Below, in pieces: positions 28,689-36,519 of a stretch of DNA of 36,519 nucleotides. Position numbers and translations under genes: made by a program. Origin of the DNA: Flavobacteriales bacterium (GTDB lineage Bacteria; Bacteroidota; Bacteroidia; Flavobacteriales_D; Sanyastnellaceae); NCBI GenBank assembly GCA_947457285.1, contig CANGVZ010000001.1:1-36519 (forward strand). Direction: 5' to 3'. The notes below the pieces were generated by a model. It was not told the origin of the DNA, did no database searches, and was given only the letters and a program-made list of their open reading frames with translations. Position 1 is the stretch's first letter. Each line of letters starts with the position of its first letter.

Positions 28689-29645
28689 CTAGTCGAGCCG
28701 CAACTCAAAGTAGTAATCGTTAGTAGCGTACTTTGCGGATACACCTTCAATAAATTTTTTACAAGCCTTTATGTAGCGCCGATCAACTATTTTACTCTTG
28801 GTATATCTGAAGTTGTAGCGCTTGCCGCTTCTTCCATCAGGAAAGAGTTCAAAGCCAAATTTGGCTGCCATTTCGAATACTTTTTCGGCAGGTATATCTG
28901 TATAGATTGTGAGATTTTTTGAAGTAAAATAAGTGTTTTCATTTCTTAAGATATCAAATAGTCTGATAGAAACAAAATCTACTTTTTCGTTCCTGGCTAT
29001 CACTTGCAACACTTCGGTAGTGTATTCCTTTTTCTTTCCTAAGAAATTCAAGGACGCTTCATTAGAATTATGTGATAGCCAAATACCCTTATACATCGAA
29101 GACCATTGTGTACAAAGCTTTTCCCAATCTTCATTCGACCTGCACTTTTCAAAATTCCTTTTTACCACATAACCCGCATCATCAATAACAAGAGGTAAAT
29201 TAAAAAATCCATGGCGAATCAAGGTGTGTGGTTTTTCGATGAAATAGACATTAAAACTGCGCGACGAACCTTGCATCATTTCATAGTCATGATAGTACGC
29301 CACTTTTTTGGATTGTGCATAAAACCAAAGTGTATCGGCCTCTTCAGGAGTATTTACTTTTCCTCGGCCATGTTCATTCAAATCAAAACCAGGTAAAAAT
29401 TCACGTACTCCATTCGTCCAAATCACCACACTATCGATACGCTCCAGTTTTTTATTGATCAGTTTCTCATAACTATATTCTTGGCCTCCACCTTCAAAAG
29501 AATTTATCACCACCTTCTCTTTTTCATCCACCCATTCGAAAGTCGGTGTGTATACAATCACTCGCTGCGCCGCCGATTCCACGTGAAAACAGGCGCCCAG
29601 ACAAAAGAGCAAAATCAATATGATTGGAGGCTGTTGACTTTTCAT
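28689..29645 (-). CDS. Hypothetical lipoprotein/secreted protein (318 aa)
   Basis: N-terminus MKSQQPPIILILLFCLGACFHV carries a lipobox-like LGAC. I recognise no family. It starts 5 nt downstream of the gamma-CA stop on the same strand. Confidence 0.7.
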   Translation of the reverse strand: MKSQQPPIILILLFCLGACFHVESAAQRVIVYTPTFEWVDEKEKVVINSFEGGGQEYSYEKLINKKLERIDSVVIWTNGVREFLPGFDLNEHGRGKVNTPEEADTLWFYAQSKKVAYYHDYEMMQGSSRSFNVYFIEKPHTLIRHGFFNLPLVIDDAGYVVKRNFEKCRSNEDWEKLCTQWSSMYKGIWLSHNSNEASLNFLGKKKEYTTEVLQVIARNEKVDFVSIRLFDILRNENTYFTSKNLTIYTDIPAEKVFEMAAKFGFELFPDGRSGKRYNFRYTKSKIVDRRYIKACKKFIEGVSAKYATNDYYFELRLD

Positions 29646-29650
29646 TTTAT

Positions 29651-30160
29651 TTATTTCTTAAACCATGAACTGTACATTACATAGTTATTTGAAATACGTT
29701 CAATTTCCCCCTCAAATAATTCTTTTGAAACCTCTTTGACTTTCTTCGCGGGCACACCTGCAAAGATGCTGCCCGACGGAACGTGCGTTCCCTCTAGCAA
29801 CACAGCGCCTGCCGCAATAATGCTATTGCTTTCAACCACACAATTGTCCATCACAATTGCGCCCATTCCAATCAGCACATTATCGTGAATCGTGCAGCCA
29901 TGCACTATCGCGCGGTGTCCAATCGATACGTTATTTCCAATAGTTGTCGGCGCCTTTTGATACGTGCAATGAATCACCGCTCCATCTTGAACGTTGACTT
30001 TATTGCCCATCTTGATGTAGTGCACATCTCCGCGCACCACAGCATTAAACCAAAATGAACATTGATTACCCGCTTCTACCTCACCTACGATAGTAGCGTT
30101 TTCAGCGATATAACAATCATCACCAAACTTCGGCGCAATGCCGCGAACAGGAAGTATCAT
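29651..30160 (-). CDS. Gamma-class carbonic anhydrase family protein (left-handed beta-helix, YrdA/PaaY-like)
   Basis: 169 aa. Hexapeptide repeats and the conserved family opening: RGIAPKFGDDCYIAENATIVGEVEAGNQCSFWFNAVVRGDV.YIK.G...NVQDG.V.H. Confidence 0.88.
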   Translation of the reverse strand: MILPVRGIAPKFGDDCYIAENATIVGEVEAGNQCSFWFNAVVRGDVHYIKMGNKVNVQDGAVIHCTYQKAPTTIGNNVSIGHRAIVHGCTIHDNVLIGMGAIVMDNCVVESNSIIAAGAVLLEGTHVPSGSIFAGVPAKKVKEVSKELFEGEIERISNNYVMYSSWFKK

Positions 30161-30180
30161 GAGTCAAAGATAAAACGAAA

Positions 30181-30226
30181 GAGCGAGGAAGCGACGGAGG
30201 GACGAAAGCGACGAAGCGACTGAATG
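30181..30226. repeat. Imperfect ~8-bp periodic purine-rich array (plus-strand AGCGAC core; minus strand reads CAGTCGCT TCGTCGCT TTCGTCCC TCCGTCGCT TCCTCGCT)
   Basis: Read directly. It lies in the ~300-nt region upstream of the gamma-CA gene. Confidence 0.6.
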
Positions 30227-30454
30227 ACGGAGCGCGCGCCCCCATGGGGACGGAGGGGACAGAGAATGGAATTAGCGATCTTGTGGAATCGATACCAGAC
30301 CCCTAACGGGGTCCAACGTTTGTAGCAACGGATAGGTAGTGCGATATATCGACTCCGTAGGGGTCGCACACAAGCCGCGAATGCATTAACGATGAAAAAC
30401 GAAGGAGTGAATAATTCGAGATTCAGAATTTCGAATTGAGATTCCAGAATTAAA

Positions 30455-30485
30455 TCAAAAAACCCCGGGGTTGCCGGGGTTTTTA
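30455..30485 (-). terminator. Rho-independent terminator of the small-membrane-protein gene pair (potentially bidirectional)
   Basis: ACCCCGG (30462-30468), 5-nt loop, CCGGGGT (30474-30480). A6 on the plus side gives T6 after the stem on the minus strand. It abuts the stop codon at 30486-30488. Confidence 0.88.
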
Positions 30486-30797
30486 TCATTGCATATTGCC
30501 AAATATCGTCATAAAAAGCGAGCCCCAAATTAGAAAGTAAATCAACGTCCAAATAAAGTACATGCCGCTAACGCACAAACCTATTATAGACATAATCCAT
30601 CCGGCTTGTAAACTTCCATACCCTGTATAACCCGTTGGATTTTTTGAATAAAGTTTCCTGGATTTATTTCCTAATATAATTCCTATAATTCCCAGAACCC
30701 AACCAAAAAAACAAAAGAGTACAATAGAAAGTATGCCTAATACCAATACTGTCGTAGCATTTGGTAATTGTGGTTTTTCTTCAATATCTAATTGCAT
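30486..30797 (-). CDS. Small integral membrane protein (103 aa), DUF4190-like, paralogue of the upstream gene
   Basis: QLPNATTVLVLGILSIVLFCFFGWVLGIIGIILGNKSRKLY...GWIMSIIGLCVSGMY. It has two or three TM helices and is about 60% identical by eye to the neighbouring 97-aa protein. Confidence 0.75.
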   Translation of the reverse strand: MQLDIEEKPQLPNATTVLVLGILSIVLFCFFGWVLGIIGIILGNKSRKLYSKNPTGYTGYGSLQAGWIMSIIGLCVSGMYFIWTLIYFLIWGSLFMTIFGNMQ

Positions 30798-31090
30798 TAC
30801 ATCATACTGCTAATTGCTGCAAAATAAGCCGCTCCAAAGATTACTATCAAGATAATGTAAAGAGCACTCAAACACAAGCCAATGATTGACATAATCCACC
30901 CAGCATTCAAATTACCATATCCCAAATAAGCATCTGGATTGCTTCTGTAAAGTTTCTTTCCTTTATTACCTAACACGACTCCAATGATTCCTAAAACTAA
31001 GCCTAATCCGTAAAAGCAAGAAAGCACTAGTGATAAAATACCCATAACTAATACTGCAGTAGCGTTGGGTAACTGTTGTTTTTGTTCCAT
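30797..31090 (-). CDS. Small integral membrane protein (97 aa), DUF4190-like
   Basis: QLPNATAVLVMGILSLVLSCFYGLGLVLGIIGVVLGNKGKKLY...GWIMSIIGLCLSALY. Its stop overlaps the start of the downstream paralogue by 1 nt (TAATG). Confidence 0.75.
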   Translation of the reverse strand: MEQKQQLPNATAVLVMGILSLVLSCFYGLGLVLGIIGVVLGNKGKKLYRSNPDAYLGYGNLNAGWIMSIIGLCLSALYIILIVIFGAAYFAAISSMM

Positions 31091-31247
31091 ATATTTAAAG
31101 ATTTAGTAAAGCCCAAAACTAAAAAAATATCGACGAAATCAAAGTATTTCGAAGACTAATTTAATATCGAGTTAATTCGTCTTAGAAATGTCAATTTTTA
31201 AAAAGTCGAACATTGTTTGAAGAAGTATTGTTTCCTTTGCGGAAATT

Positions 31248-32252
31248 ATGAAAAAGAGAGCCGTTTTATTAGTAAATCTGGGTAGTCCAGACAGCCCAGC
31301 ACCGAAAGATGTATATCGTTACCTCACCGAGTTTCTTAACGATCCTCGTGTTATTGACATCAACGCCATTGGTCGCGCTATTCTCGTAAATGGTATTATA
31401 GTACCATTTCGCCACCGCAAAAGCGCTGCTGTCTATAAAAAACTTTGGACAGAAAACGGCTCTCCGCTCATTCATTCCGGTCGACAAGTGCAACAATTAC
31501 TGCAAGAAAGATTCGATAAAAATCACACGCGAATCTTCCTCGCAATGCGATACCAAAACCCATCGCTTGATTCTGTGCTCAGCACCATTCAGGAATGGGA
31601 ACCAGAAGAATTGGTCTTGCTACCCATGTTCCCTCAATACGCCAGCGCAAGCACCGGTTCTGTTATCGACAAGGTGATGAAAATAGTAAAGGATTGGTGG
31701 GTGTTCCCTCACATCAAAATTATCAGTCAGTTTTACGACCATCCTCTTTACATCAAAGCATTCATCGAACGCGGACAAGCATTTGATTGGAAAGAATACG
31801 ACCATGTACTTTTCAGCTATCACGGTCTTCCAGAGCGTCAACTTGATAAGATTTATAAAGACAACAAGTGCCGCAATCACAGCTGCGAGCACGAAATCAA
31901 TGACGAGAATAAGCTCTGTTATAAAGCTACATGTTACGCCACCACACGTAGCGTTGCAGCGGGCCTCGGAATTCCCGAAGACAAATACACCGTTTGCTTC
32001 CAAAGCCGTCTTGGGCGAGGTTGGATTGAGCCTTTCAGCGATGAGGTCATCGAAGAACTTGGAAAAAAAGGCGCAAAGAAATTATTGGTTTTCTCTCCTG
32101 CATTCGTGGCAGACTGCCTCGAAACTACCATCGAAATCGGAGAAGAATATCAGGAGTTGTTCGAGGAACACGGAGGTGAACATGTGCAACTCGTGCCCAG
32201 CCTCAACGAATCCAAAACCTGGATCGACTGCCTTGAAGACTTGGTAAAATAG
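31248..32252 (+). CDS. hemH: Ferrochelatase
   Basis: 334 aa. Motifs VLLVNLGSPDSP...V..YL.EFL.D.RVI, LLPMFPQYASASTGS, FSYHGLPER and FSPAFVADCLETT.EI are all canonical ferrochelatase motifs. Confidence 0.93.
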   Translation: MKKRAVLLVNLGSPDSPAPKDVYRYLTEFLNDPRVIDINAIGRAILVNGIIVPFRHRKSAAVYKKLWTENGSPLIHSGRQVQQLLQERFDKNHTRIFLAMRYQNPSLDSVLSTIQEWEPEELVLLPMFPQYASASTGSVIDKVMKIVKDWWVFPHIKIISQFYDHPLYIKAFIERGQAFDWKEYDHVLFSYHGLPERQLDKIYKDNKCRNHSCEHEINDENKLCYKATCYATTRSVAAGLGIPEDKYTVCFQSRLGRGWIEPFSDEVIEELGKKGAKKLLVFSPAFVADCLETTIEIGEEYQELFEEHGGEHVQLVPSLNESKTWIDCLEDLVK

Positions 32253-32286
32253 AAGCTCTAGAATATAAAAGAATACAAAAACACTC

Positions 32287-32381
32287 AGTCACCAGTCGCT
32301 AGTATCTAGTCGCTAGTATCTAGTCGTTAGTCGCTCAGTCGCTAGTCGCTAGTCGCTCAGTCGCTAGTCACTAGTATCTAG
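32287..32381. repeat. 7-bp tandem repeat array, ~13 units (AGTCGCT, AGTATCT, AGTCGTT, AGTCACT variants)
   Basis: Read directly. It fills most of the 132-nt spacer between the convergent stops of hemH (32252) and the M28 peptidase gene (32385). Confidence 0.9.
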
Positions 32382-32384
32382 ATT

Positions 32385-33983
32385 CTATTTTTCCTCAAAC
32401 TCATTCACCACATCCACTCGTAGCTTGGTAGGGCGATTGGCGACTTCCCATGCGGTGTGAAAGATTAGCTTCGCAATCTTTGACATCTTTTCGTACATGA
32501 TTTTCTCGGGATCATCGCCTGGCTGGTGATAGTCTTCGTGGACACCACTGAAATAGAAAATTACCGGAATTCCATGCTTAGCAAAATTGTAGTGATCACT
32601 GCGGTAGTAAAAGCGATTCGGATCCTTTGGGTCATTATATGTGTAGTCCAACTCCAATGAAGCATAAGTCTTATTAGCCGCTTCACTCAAGATGTGCAGC
32701 TCTGTGCTCAATTTATCAGAGCCAATAATATAGACATAATTCGGATCGTCTTTATGCGCATTGTCGACCCTGCCGATCATATCAATATTCAAATCACAAA
32801 CCGTTTTTTCTAAAGGATATATCGGAAACTCCGAATACCATTCGCTTCCCAGAAGACCCTTTTCTTCACCGCTCACATGCAATATCAAAATACTTCTCTT
32901 AGGTCCTTTGCCTTCCAGTTTGGCAAGCTGAAAAGCTTGTCCTATCTCCATTGCACTCACAGTGCCCGATCCGTCATCGTCAGCTCCGTTATAAATCTTT
33001 CCCTGCATTTCACCCACGTGATCATAGTGTGCAGAAATCACCACCACTTCATCTTTGAGAATTGGGTCACTTCCTTCTATAAAAGCAAGAACGTTGTCAG
33101 CCGTAAAGCGTTCAATCTCCATTTTCATGCTCATTTTCATTCCTCCCTTCAAGGCAACTGAACTGGCTTTTTTTCTCTTTTGAATTCTCTTTTTATAAAA
33201 ATCAATACTCTTCTTTTTCCCTGATTTCATCAGTCCTTCAGCCATTGAGGGAGAAATGAAATAATATGGCAACACACTTTCCTCTTGTACCGTCATCGGA
33301 TATTCCAACGACATACGAGGCTCATCCAGGAAATAGCTAATTCGCTTCAAGATGTAATCAAAATTCTCCTCTACAATTAGGATTGCCTTCGCACCTCTTT
33401 TAGCAGCTGCATCACGCTTGATTCTAAAATCATCACTCCATTCGCTGCGAGAATTGTTCCCCGTGAAAATTGAGTTTCCAGCCTTGTCCACTGGTTCACC
33501 ATTCATCACAATCACCACCGCATCTTTCACATCTATATTCGTATAATCATTGTAGGTTTTCGAATCGATGCCGTACCCTGCAAAAACAACTTTCTCAAGC
33601 TTTAATTCATCGAGCGTGAAGCCACCGAATGAATAGAAGTCCTTTTTAAATGAATAGATTGATCCTTGAAATTCAATAGTCGCTGAAGCTACTTTCTCAC
33701 GCTTTAGCGGATAATTTTGAAAATATGTAGAACCATTAATACAAGGCGCTACTCCCAGAGATTGATAATACTGAGCCAAATAATCAGCAGCCTTTCTCAA
33801 CTCAGGTGATCCTGTATCTCTGCCTTTATAAGCATCGCCCGCGAGTATATATAGATGTTTTGAAAGTTCTTCCGGTGTAATGGTATTGGCGAAGCGTACC
33901 GCAACGCTATCTTTTTGAGCTAAAACCTGTTCCCCGTGAAAAACAAGGCCTAGCGCCAGTATAAAAATATTTAATTTCTTCAT
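32385..33983 (-). CDS. M28-family aminopeptidase with a PA (protease-associated) domain, secreted
   Basis: ATG at 33983 gives MKKLNIFILALGLVFHGEQVLAQ (signal peptide). The longer track ORF (to 34133) would overlap rpiB. Zn-ligand motifs: ISAHYDHVG, GADDDGSGTVSAME, SGEEKGLLGS, NIDMIG and SDHYNFAKHGIP. Confidence 0.9.
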   Translation of the reverse strand: MKKLNIFILALGLVFHGEQVLAQKDSVAVRFANTITPEELSKHLYILAGDAYKGRDTGSPELRKAADYLAQYYQSLGVAPCINGSTYFQNYPLKREKVASATIEFQGSIYSFKKDFYSFGGFTLDELKLEKVVFAGYGIDSKTYNDYTNIDVKDAVVIVMNGEPVDKAGNSIFTGNNSRSEWSDDFRIKRDAAAKRGAKAILIVEENFDYILKRISYFLDEPRMSLEYPMTVQEESVLPYYFISPSMAEGLMKSGKKKSIDFYKKRIQKRKKASSVALKGGMKMSMKMEIERFTADNVLAFIEGSDPILKDEVVVISAHYDHVGEMQGKIYNGADDDGSGTVSAMEIGQAFQLAKLEGKGPKRSILILHVSGEEKGLLGSEWYSEFPIYPLEKTVCDLNIDMIGRVDNAHKDDPNYVYIIGSDKLSTELHILSEAANKTYASLELDYTYNDPKDPNRFYYRSDHYNFAKHGIPVIFYFSGVHEDYHQPGDDPEKIMYEKMSKIAKLIFHTAWEVANRPTKLRVDVVNEFEEK

Positions 33984-33984
33984 C

Positions 33985-34410
33985 TTAACAATCAATTTTA
34001 GATACACGTCTTTCATGTCTTCCACCTTCGAAAGCTGTGTTAAGGAATTCTTCCACCATTTCGAATGCATCCTGTTCTGAAATAAACCGTGCTGGTAAAC
34101 AAATAATGTTTGCATTGTTGTGAGCTCGAGCAAGAGATGCTACTTCTTTATTCCAACAAAGCGCTGCCCTCACACCTTGATGTTTGTTTGCTGTCATACA
34201 CACTCCATTTGCAGAACCGCAAATAAGAATTCCAAACTCCTTTGTTTCAACTACCGCTGAAGCAGTTTGATGAGCATAATCCGGATAATCTGTACTTTCT
34301 TCCGAAAAGGTACCGTAATCCTTTATTTCATGGCCTTGTTGTTGTAATCTTGCCTTTACTTGCTCCTTAAGGGCGTAACCCGCATGGTCAGCTCCGATAT
34401 GAATGGTCAT
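33985..34410 (-). CDS. rpiB: Ribose-5-phosphate isomerase B
   Basis: MTIHIGADHAGYALKE..., ILICGSANGVCMTANK and GGRHERRV are canonical RpiB/LacAB motifs. ATG 34410 is preferred over 34434. Its stop lies 1 nt before the peptidase start. Confidence 0.92.
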   Translation of the reverse strand: MTIHIGADHAGYALKEQVKARLQQQGHEIKDYGTFSEESTDYPDYAHQTASAVVETKEFGILICGSANGVCMTANKHQGVRAALCWNKEVASLARAHNNANIICLPARFISEQDAFEMVEEFLNTAFEGGRHERRVSKIDC

Positions 34411-34955
34411 AAGTAGTTGATTTATATGAGGCAAAAGTAAAATAGACTTCCACGTGAAAATACAACTTCTTCAACCGATTATTAGACTCTTAAAGTTTCG
34501 ACAGAAACCTAATAACCATATACTTAAAAGGGTTATTCACAAGACCAAGACCTTATTTGTTCATTCTCGTGTAAAACTTTCTGAGAAAAAAATTTGCAAA
34601 ATTGAACACCCACTCGACATAAAAAAAGGAATGAACAATCGACACTTTGCTTTCATTTTTATTGGAGTAATTGCTAACCATAGATTGAACATTTTACACA
34701 GTCTTAACAATTACGGTTTATCAAAACATCTTAAATTAACACATTTGTTCATATCCAAGTTAAACCACTCATTGACACCAGTTTCAACTTCTGATAACAT
34801 GTTTACAAAATCGACTCAAATGTGTATAGATTATATTTACAAGCAAAACACCATAAACTTTTACAACAAATGAACAGCTCTTATTAAAGACTACTATTTT
34901 TCTTTAAAAAGATATTTATATAATTCTTTGTAAAAAAGACGTTACACGTGAAAAT

Positions 34956-36461
34956 ATGAAGTGCATCTTTGCCACATGGTTATTTCTTCTTCTCGCCTCG
35001 GTTTCATCGCAAGCTCAGTTCACTCAATACTTTTATCCCAATGGAAAAGTTTCGAGCGAAGGAACCATCAAAGATGGCAAGCCAGACGGATATTGGCGAA
35101 CTTATTATGAAGACGGTGGCCTCAAGTCAGAAGGTTATCGCCTGAATTTTGAACTTGATTCTACTTGGAAATTTTATAGAAGTGACTCCACACTGGAGAG
35201 AGTAATCACTTATAGAAGCAATCTTAAAAACGGTCCTGAGCAGAATTACGATGCCAAAGGAAGATTGGCAGAAGAGTTTATTAATGTCAATAATATCAAG
35301 AATGGTGAGGCGAAGTATTTTTATGAAAGTGGCATTTTAAAAAAGACAATTCCTTTTTCCAATAACAAAGAAGAAGGAAGAGGTTTTGAATACGGCGAAG
35401 ATGGCCGCGTCATCACCATAACCATGTACAGAAATGGGTTTATCTACGCAGAAGAAATAATCAATCGATACAATCCTCAGGGCAATAGAACTGGAATATG
35501 GAAAGACCTATATCCAATGGGAAGCATAAAAGAAGAAGGCAATTGGAGTAATGGAAAAAGGAATGGGGTTTTTAAATTTTTTGATAAGAATGGAAAGCTT
35601 ATCAAAATGGAAAAGTACGATATGGGTGAGCTGGTCGTAGACTCTGATCAAAGCGCTATCATTGATATACGTAAAGAATTTTTTGAAGATGGATCTTTAA
35701 AAATGGAGGGTAGTTATTCTGGTGGAAAGAGAAATGGAACCTTCAGAGAATATGATCAAAGTGGAAAGCAGGTTTCGGCTTATATCTACGAAAATGATAT
35801 CGTCACAGGAATAGGAATGATTGATTCAATTGGAAGGAGACAAGGCCCTTGGAAATTATTATTTTCTGATGGTAAGGTCAGAGCTGAAGGTCCTTACAAG
35901 GATGGTAAAAAAGATGGTAATTGGACTTTTTATTTTGCTTCTGGAAAGGTGGAACAAAAAGGTGTTTACAAAGAAGACTTACCAACTGGTGCGTGGAAAT
36001 GGTTTCATGGAAATGGTTCCACGTGGAGAGAAGAGCTTTACAGAAAAGGAAAAGAAGATGGACACGCTGTTGAATACGATAGTTTAGGCAATGTCATTTG
36101 TGAAGGAGATTTTGTAGATGGTTTGAAAACTGGACCATGGAAGTGCCTCGTAAACAATCATACCGAAGAAGGAGAATACCTTGATGGTGAACTCAATGGT
36201 GAATGGATTTGGAAATATGCAAATGGCGAAAAAGCATTCCAAGGAGAATTTCAAAGTGGCGTTCCAGTTGGAAAACATAAGTACTGGTACGACAATGGAG
36301 TACCGAAAATGAGAGGCGGTTATGAGGGAGGAGAATTGAATGGAAAATGGGAATATTATCGCGAAGATGGAACCTTGGATTTAGAAATAGAGTATGAAGC
36401 AGGCCTGGCTGTCAGAATTAACGGACAGAAAATAAAATTGCCAGAACCAATAGACGAGTAA
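34956..36461 (+). CDS. Secreted MORN-repeat (YwqK-like repeat variant) protein
   Basis: Signal peptide MKCIFATWLFLLLASVSSQAQ, then many repeats of the G.K.G.W..Y(Y/F).(N/D)G.L..EG.Y..G type. Confidence 0.85.
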   Translation: MKCIFATWLFLLLASVSSQAQFTQYFYPNGKVSSEGTIKDGKPDGYWRTYYEDGGLKSEGYRLNFELDSTWKFYRSDSTLERVITYRSNLKNGPEQNYDAKGRLAEEFINVNNIKNGEAKYFYESGILKKTIPFSNNKEEGRGFEYGEDGRVITITMYRNGFIYAEEIINRYNPQGNRTGIWKDLYPMGSIKEEGNWSNGKRNGVFKFFDKNGKLIKMEKYDMGELVVDSDQSAIIDIRKEFFEDGSLKMEGSYSGGKRNGTFREYDQSGKQVSAYIYENDIVTGIGMIDSIGRRQGPWKLLFSDGKVRAEGPYKDGKKDGNWTFYFASGKVEQKGVYKEDLPTGAWKWFHGNGSTWREELYRKGKEDGHAVEYDSLGNVICEGDFVDGLKTGPWKCLVNNHTEEGEYLDGELNGEWIWKYANGEKAFQGEFQSGVPVGKHKYWYDNGVPKMRGGYEGGELNGKWEYYREDGTLDLEIEYEAGLAVRINGQKIKLPEPIDE

Positions 36462-36519
36462 CCACCCTATGAATTACCCGCAGTTTGCGGACATATTGAA
36501 CCACCCCTATGATATCCTC

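Noticed and set aside
30157-30552. 131-aa minus-strand ORF spanning the spacer upstream of the gamma-CA gene
   Set aside because: It reads through the strong terminator at 30455-30485, overlaps the 3' end of the 103-aa membrane-protein gene, and crosses low-complexity repeat DNA. The translated sequence has no protein-like pattern. It is treated as non-coding (see the GC-rich spacer finding).
31783-32247. 154-aa alternate-frame ORF within hemH, and similar nested ORFs in comM (9473-9928 minus), the dehydrogenase gene (12391-12732 plus) and the 720-aa cargo gene (18770-19249 plus)
   Set aside because: They are nested in genes with strong family signatures and have no independent motifs or plausible starts.
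34454-34873. 139-aa plus-strand ORF in the rpiB/MORN spacer
   Set aside because: It has a GTG start, extreme AT-driven Lys/Ile/Asn/His/Leu composition, and no recognisable motif, signal or TM segment. It is most likely a chance ORF in AT-rich DNA. A real small orphan gene cannot be fully excluded without expression or conservation data.
36460-36512. Direct repeat AACCACCC(C)TATGA x2 flanking a weak hairpin (CCGCA-GTT-TGCGG) after the MORN gene
   Set aside because: The stem is only 5 bp with a 3-nt loop and no U-tract, and the window ends at 36519. It cannot be judged as a terminator or as the edge of a repeat element.
1-36519. Search for Bacteroidota-type promoters (TTG at -33 and TAnnTTTG at -7) upstream of the main operons
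   Set aside because: Only 7-of-8 matches were found (e.g. CATATTTG at 99-106, TTCCTTTG at 31232-31239, TGGCTTTG at 19402-19409). Some lie too close to start codons. None was convincing enough to report as a feature.

Overview
This 36.5-kb window is a Bacteroidota-type chromosomal segment. That assignment is inferred from three type IX secretion system (T9SS) cargo genes plus a PorP/SprF gene. It holds about 21 protein genes. I saw no rRNA, tRNA, CRISPR array, transposase, integrase or recognisable phage-defence gene.

About half of the DNA encodes three T9SS substrates:
- a 2519-aa mosaic adhesin-like protein with a type A C-terminal domain (CTD) at 296-7855;
- a 720-aa type A CTD protein of unknown function at 17129-19291 (minus strand);
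- a 2761-aa type B (gliding-motility CHU_C) CTD protein at 19411-27696. It contains 24 tandem 88-aa repeats and is followed directly by a PorP/SprF outer-membrane partner gene at 27718-28686.

Between these lie glycan-related genes: an FkbM methyltransferase, gmhA, and a translationally coupled GT4 / NDP-sugar dehydrogenase / SAM-methyltransferase operon. The remaining genes are comM/yifB, a three-gene module (small Gly-rich protein, soluble PAS histidine kinase, membrane-anchored P-loop NTPase), a gamma-carbonic-anhydrase plus lipoprotein pair, two tandem small membrane-protein paralogues, hemH, an rpiB plus M28 peptidase pair, and a MORN-repeat protein.

The most noteworthy observations are:
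1. the orphan kinase and membrane P-loop NTPase module;
2. a 3-repeat (792-nt) higher-order structure in the type B giant gene, where copies are about 90% identical as protein but heavily scrambled at synonymous sites;
3. an orphan bidirectional terminator inside a divergent intergenic region, which may mark a small RNA or micro-ORF;
4. short-period (7-8 bp) tandem arrays and a GC-rich structured spacer in several intergenic regions.

I found no clear-cut new system. The candidates are ranked honestly below, and all functional calls come from motif recognition by eye without database searches.
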